Below the pieces are notes generated by a model. The model searched no databases, was not told the DNA's origin, and worked only from the letters and a program-made list of their open reading frames with translations. A DNA stretch of 64,000 bases from an uncultured Actinomycetes bacterium (lineage in GTDB: Bacteria; Actinomycetota; Thermoleophilia; UBA2241): assembly GCA_963755025.1 (NCBI GenBank), contig CAVWIH010000019.1, positions 32,001-96,000 of the forward strand, written 5' to 3'. Of the stretch, positions 63,123-64,000 are shown piece after piece (within the stretch, counting starts at the first letter, position 1; every line of letters starts with the position of its first letter). A program made the translations under genes and the position numbers.

Positions 63123-63338
63123 ATGCCTATCTACGAGTTCATCTGCGAGCATTGCGAGCTGCGCTTCGAAGAGCTCGTGCGCAACGGCGACAAGCCGAAG
63201 TGCCCCGAGTGCTCCACCAACGACGTCCGCCGCATGCTCTCGAGCTTCGCCGTCCACTCCACATCGGCCAACCTCGGCGGCGGCGGGAGCAAGAACTGCG
63301 CGTCGTGTGGGGGCTCCTCCTGTGGCACCTGCCACTGA
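63123..63338 (+). CDS. FmdB-family zinc-ribbon protein
   Basis: MPIYEFICEHC...CPEC...CASCGGSSCGTCH; TGGTACACT extended -10 6 nt upstream. Confidence 0.9.
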   Translation: MPIYEFICEHCELRFEELVRNGDKPKCPECSTNDVRRMLSSFAVHSTSANLGGGGSKNCASCGGSSCGTCH

Positions 63339-64000
63339 CGACCCGGTCGTAGCCGAGCTCGAGCGGCTGCGGCGCCGAAGCCGAGACCTGCGAGAAGTGC
63401 CTGCTCGTCGGCCACGCGCACCCGCGTGGTGTTCGGCGAGGGCGACCCGCACAGCGACCTCATGTTCGTCGGCGAGGCGCCCGGCTACCACGAAGACCAG
63501 CAGGGCCGGCCCTTCGTCGGCCAGGCCGGCAAGCTCCTCGAGCAGCTCCTGCAGACCATCGGCCTGTCGCGCGAGCAGGTCTACATCGCCAACGTGCTCA
63601 AGTCGCGCCCGCCCAACAACCGCGACCCCAAGCCCGAAGAGATCGCCGCCTGCGAGCCCTACCTCGTGCGCCAGGTCGAGATCATCGCGCCGCGCGTCGT
63701 GTGCACGCTGGGCAACTTCGCCACCAAGCTGCTGTCGGGCAGCCAGACCGGCATCACCCGCGTGCACGGCATCCCACAGCGCACGCACGTGGGCGGCCGC
63801 GACCTCTACCTCTACCCGATCTTCCATCCGGCGGCCGCCCTCTACACGCCTGCCATGCTCGAGACGCTCAAGCAGGACGTGCTGCGGCTGCCCGAGGTGC
63901 TCGGCCTGCCGCTCGACGGCGACGCCCTCGAGCGGCGGTGCCGCCGACGGGCCGGTCGCGCCGCGCGACGATCCGCCGGCAAGCCGTCCGGTCGTGTTGC
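63322..64000 (+). CDS. Family 4 uracil-DNA glycosylase (frameshifted near 63372-63406; runs off the window end)
   Basis: CEKC, VVFGEG, FVGEAPG..ED..G.PFVG.AG, NVLKSRPPNNRDP, LGNFA, IFHPAAAL. Confidence 0.9.
   Translation, partial: MAPATDDPVVAELERLRRRSRDLREVPARRPRAPAWCSARATRTATSCSSARRPATTKTSRAGPSSARPASSSSSSCRPSACRASRSTSPTCSSRARPTTATPSPKRSPPASPTSCARSRSSRRASCARWATSPPSCCRAARPASPACTASHSARTWAAATSTSTRSSIRRPPSTRLPCSRRSSRTCCGCPRCSACRSTATPSSGGAADGPVAPRDDPPASRPVVL

Overview
High-GC bacterial chromosomal segment, most consistent with a deep-branching, anaerobe-leaning actinobacterium such as Thermoleophilia (inferred from gene content only). It is mostly housekeeping. It carries UDP-diacetamido-sugar genes (wbpA/B/D-like), rubredoxin, scattered purine genes (purB, E, D, A, C) and a nitroreductase-Rieske-glutaredoxin-FTR-Rieske-SOD redox cluster. 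It also has mscL, rpsF-ssb-rpsR-rplI-dnaB with an S6:S18 leader, an orphan VirB11/TadA-like ATPase, two aldehyde dehydrogenases and Moco genes. Further along are a mirror-symmetric 48-bp-period repeat array, System I* cytochrome c maturation plus hemACD, rplM-rpsI, glmM, a glmS ribozyme with glmS-acpS-nnr-CBS-alr-cca-mutM, and a pan operon. About a dozen genes carry single-base frameshifts, most likely read/assembly errors. The best candidate for an undescribed system is the translationally coupled panG-panC-yjbQ-(HPS::RraA aldolase) operon. It lacks panB and is headed by a pan-type RNA hairpin, which suggests (inference) a folate-independent, formaldehyde-channelling route to ketopantoate. 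No tRNA, rRNA, CRISPR-Cas or transposase was recognised.
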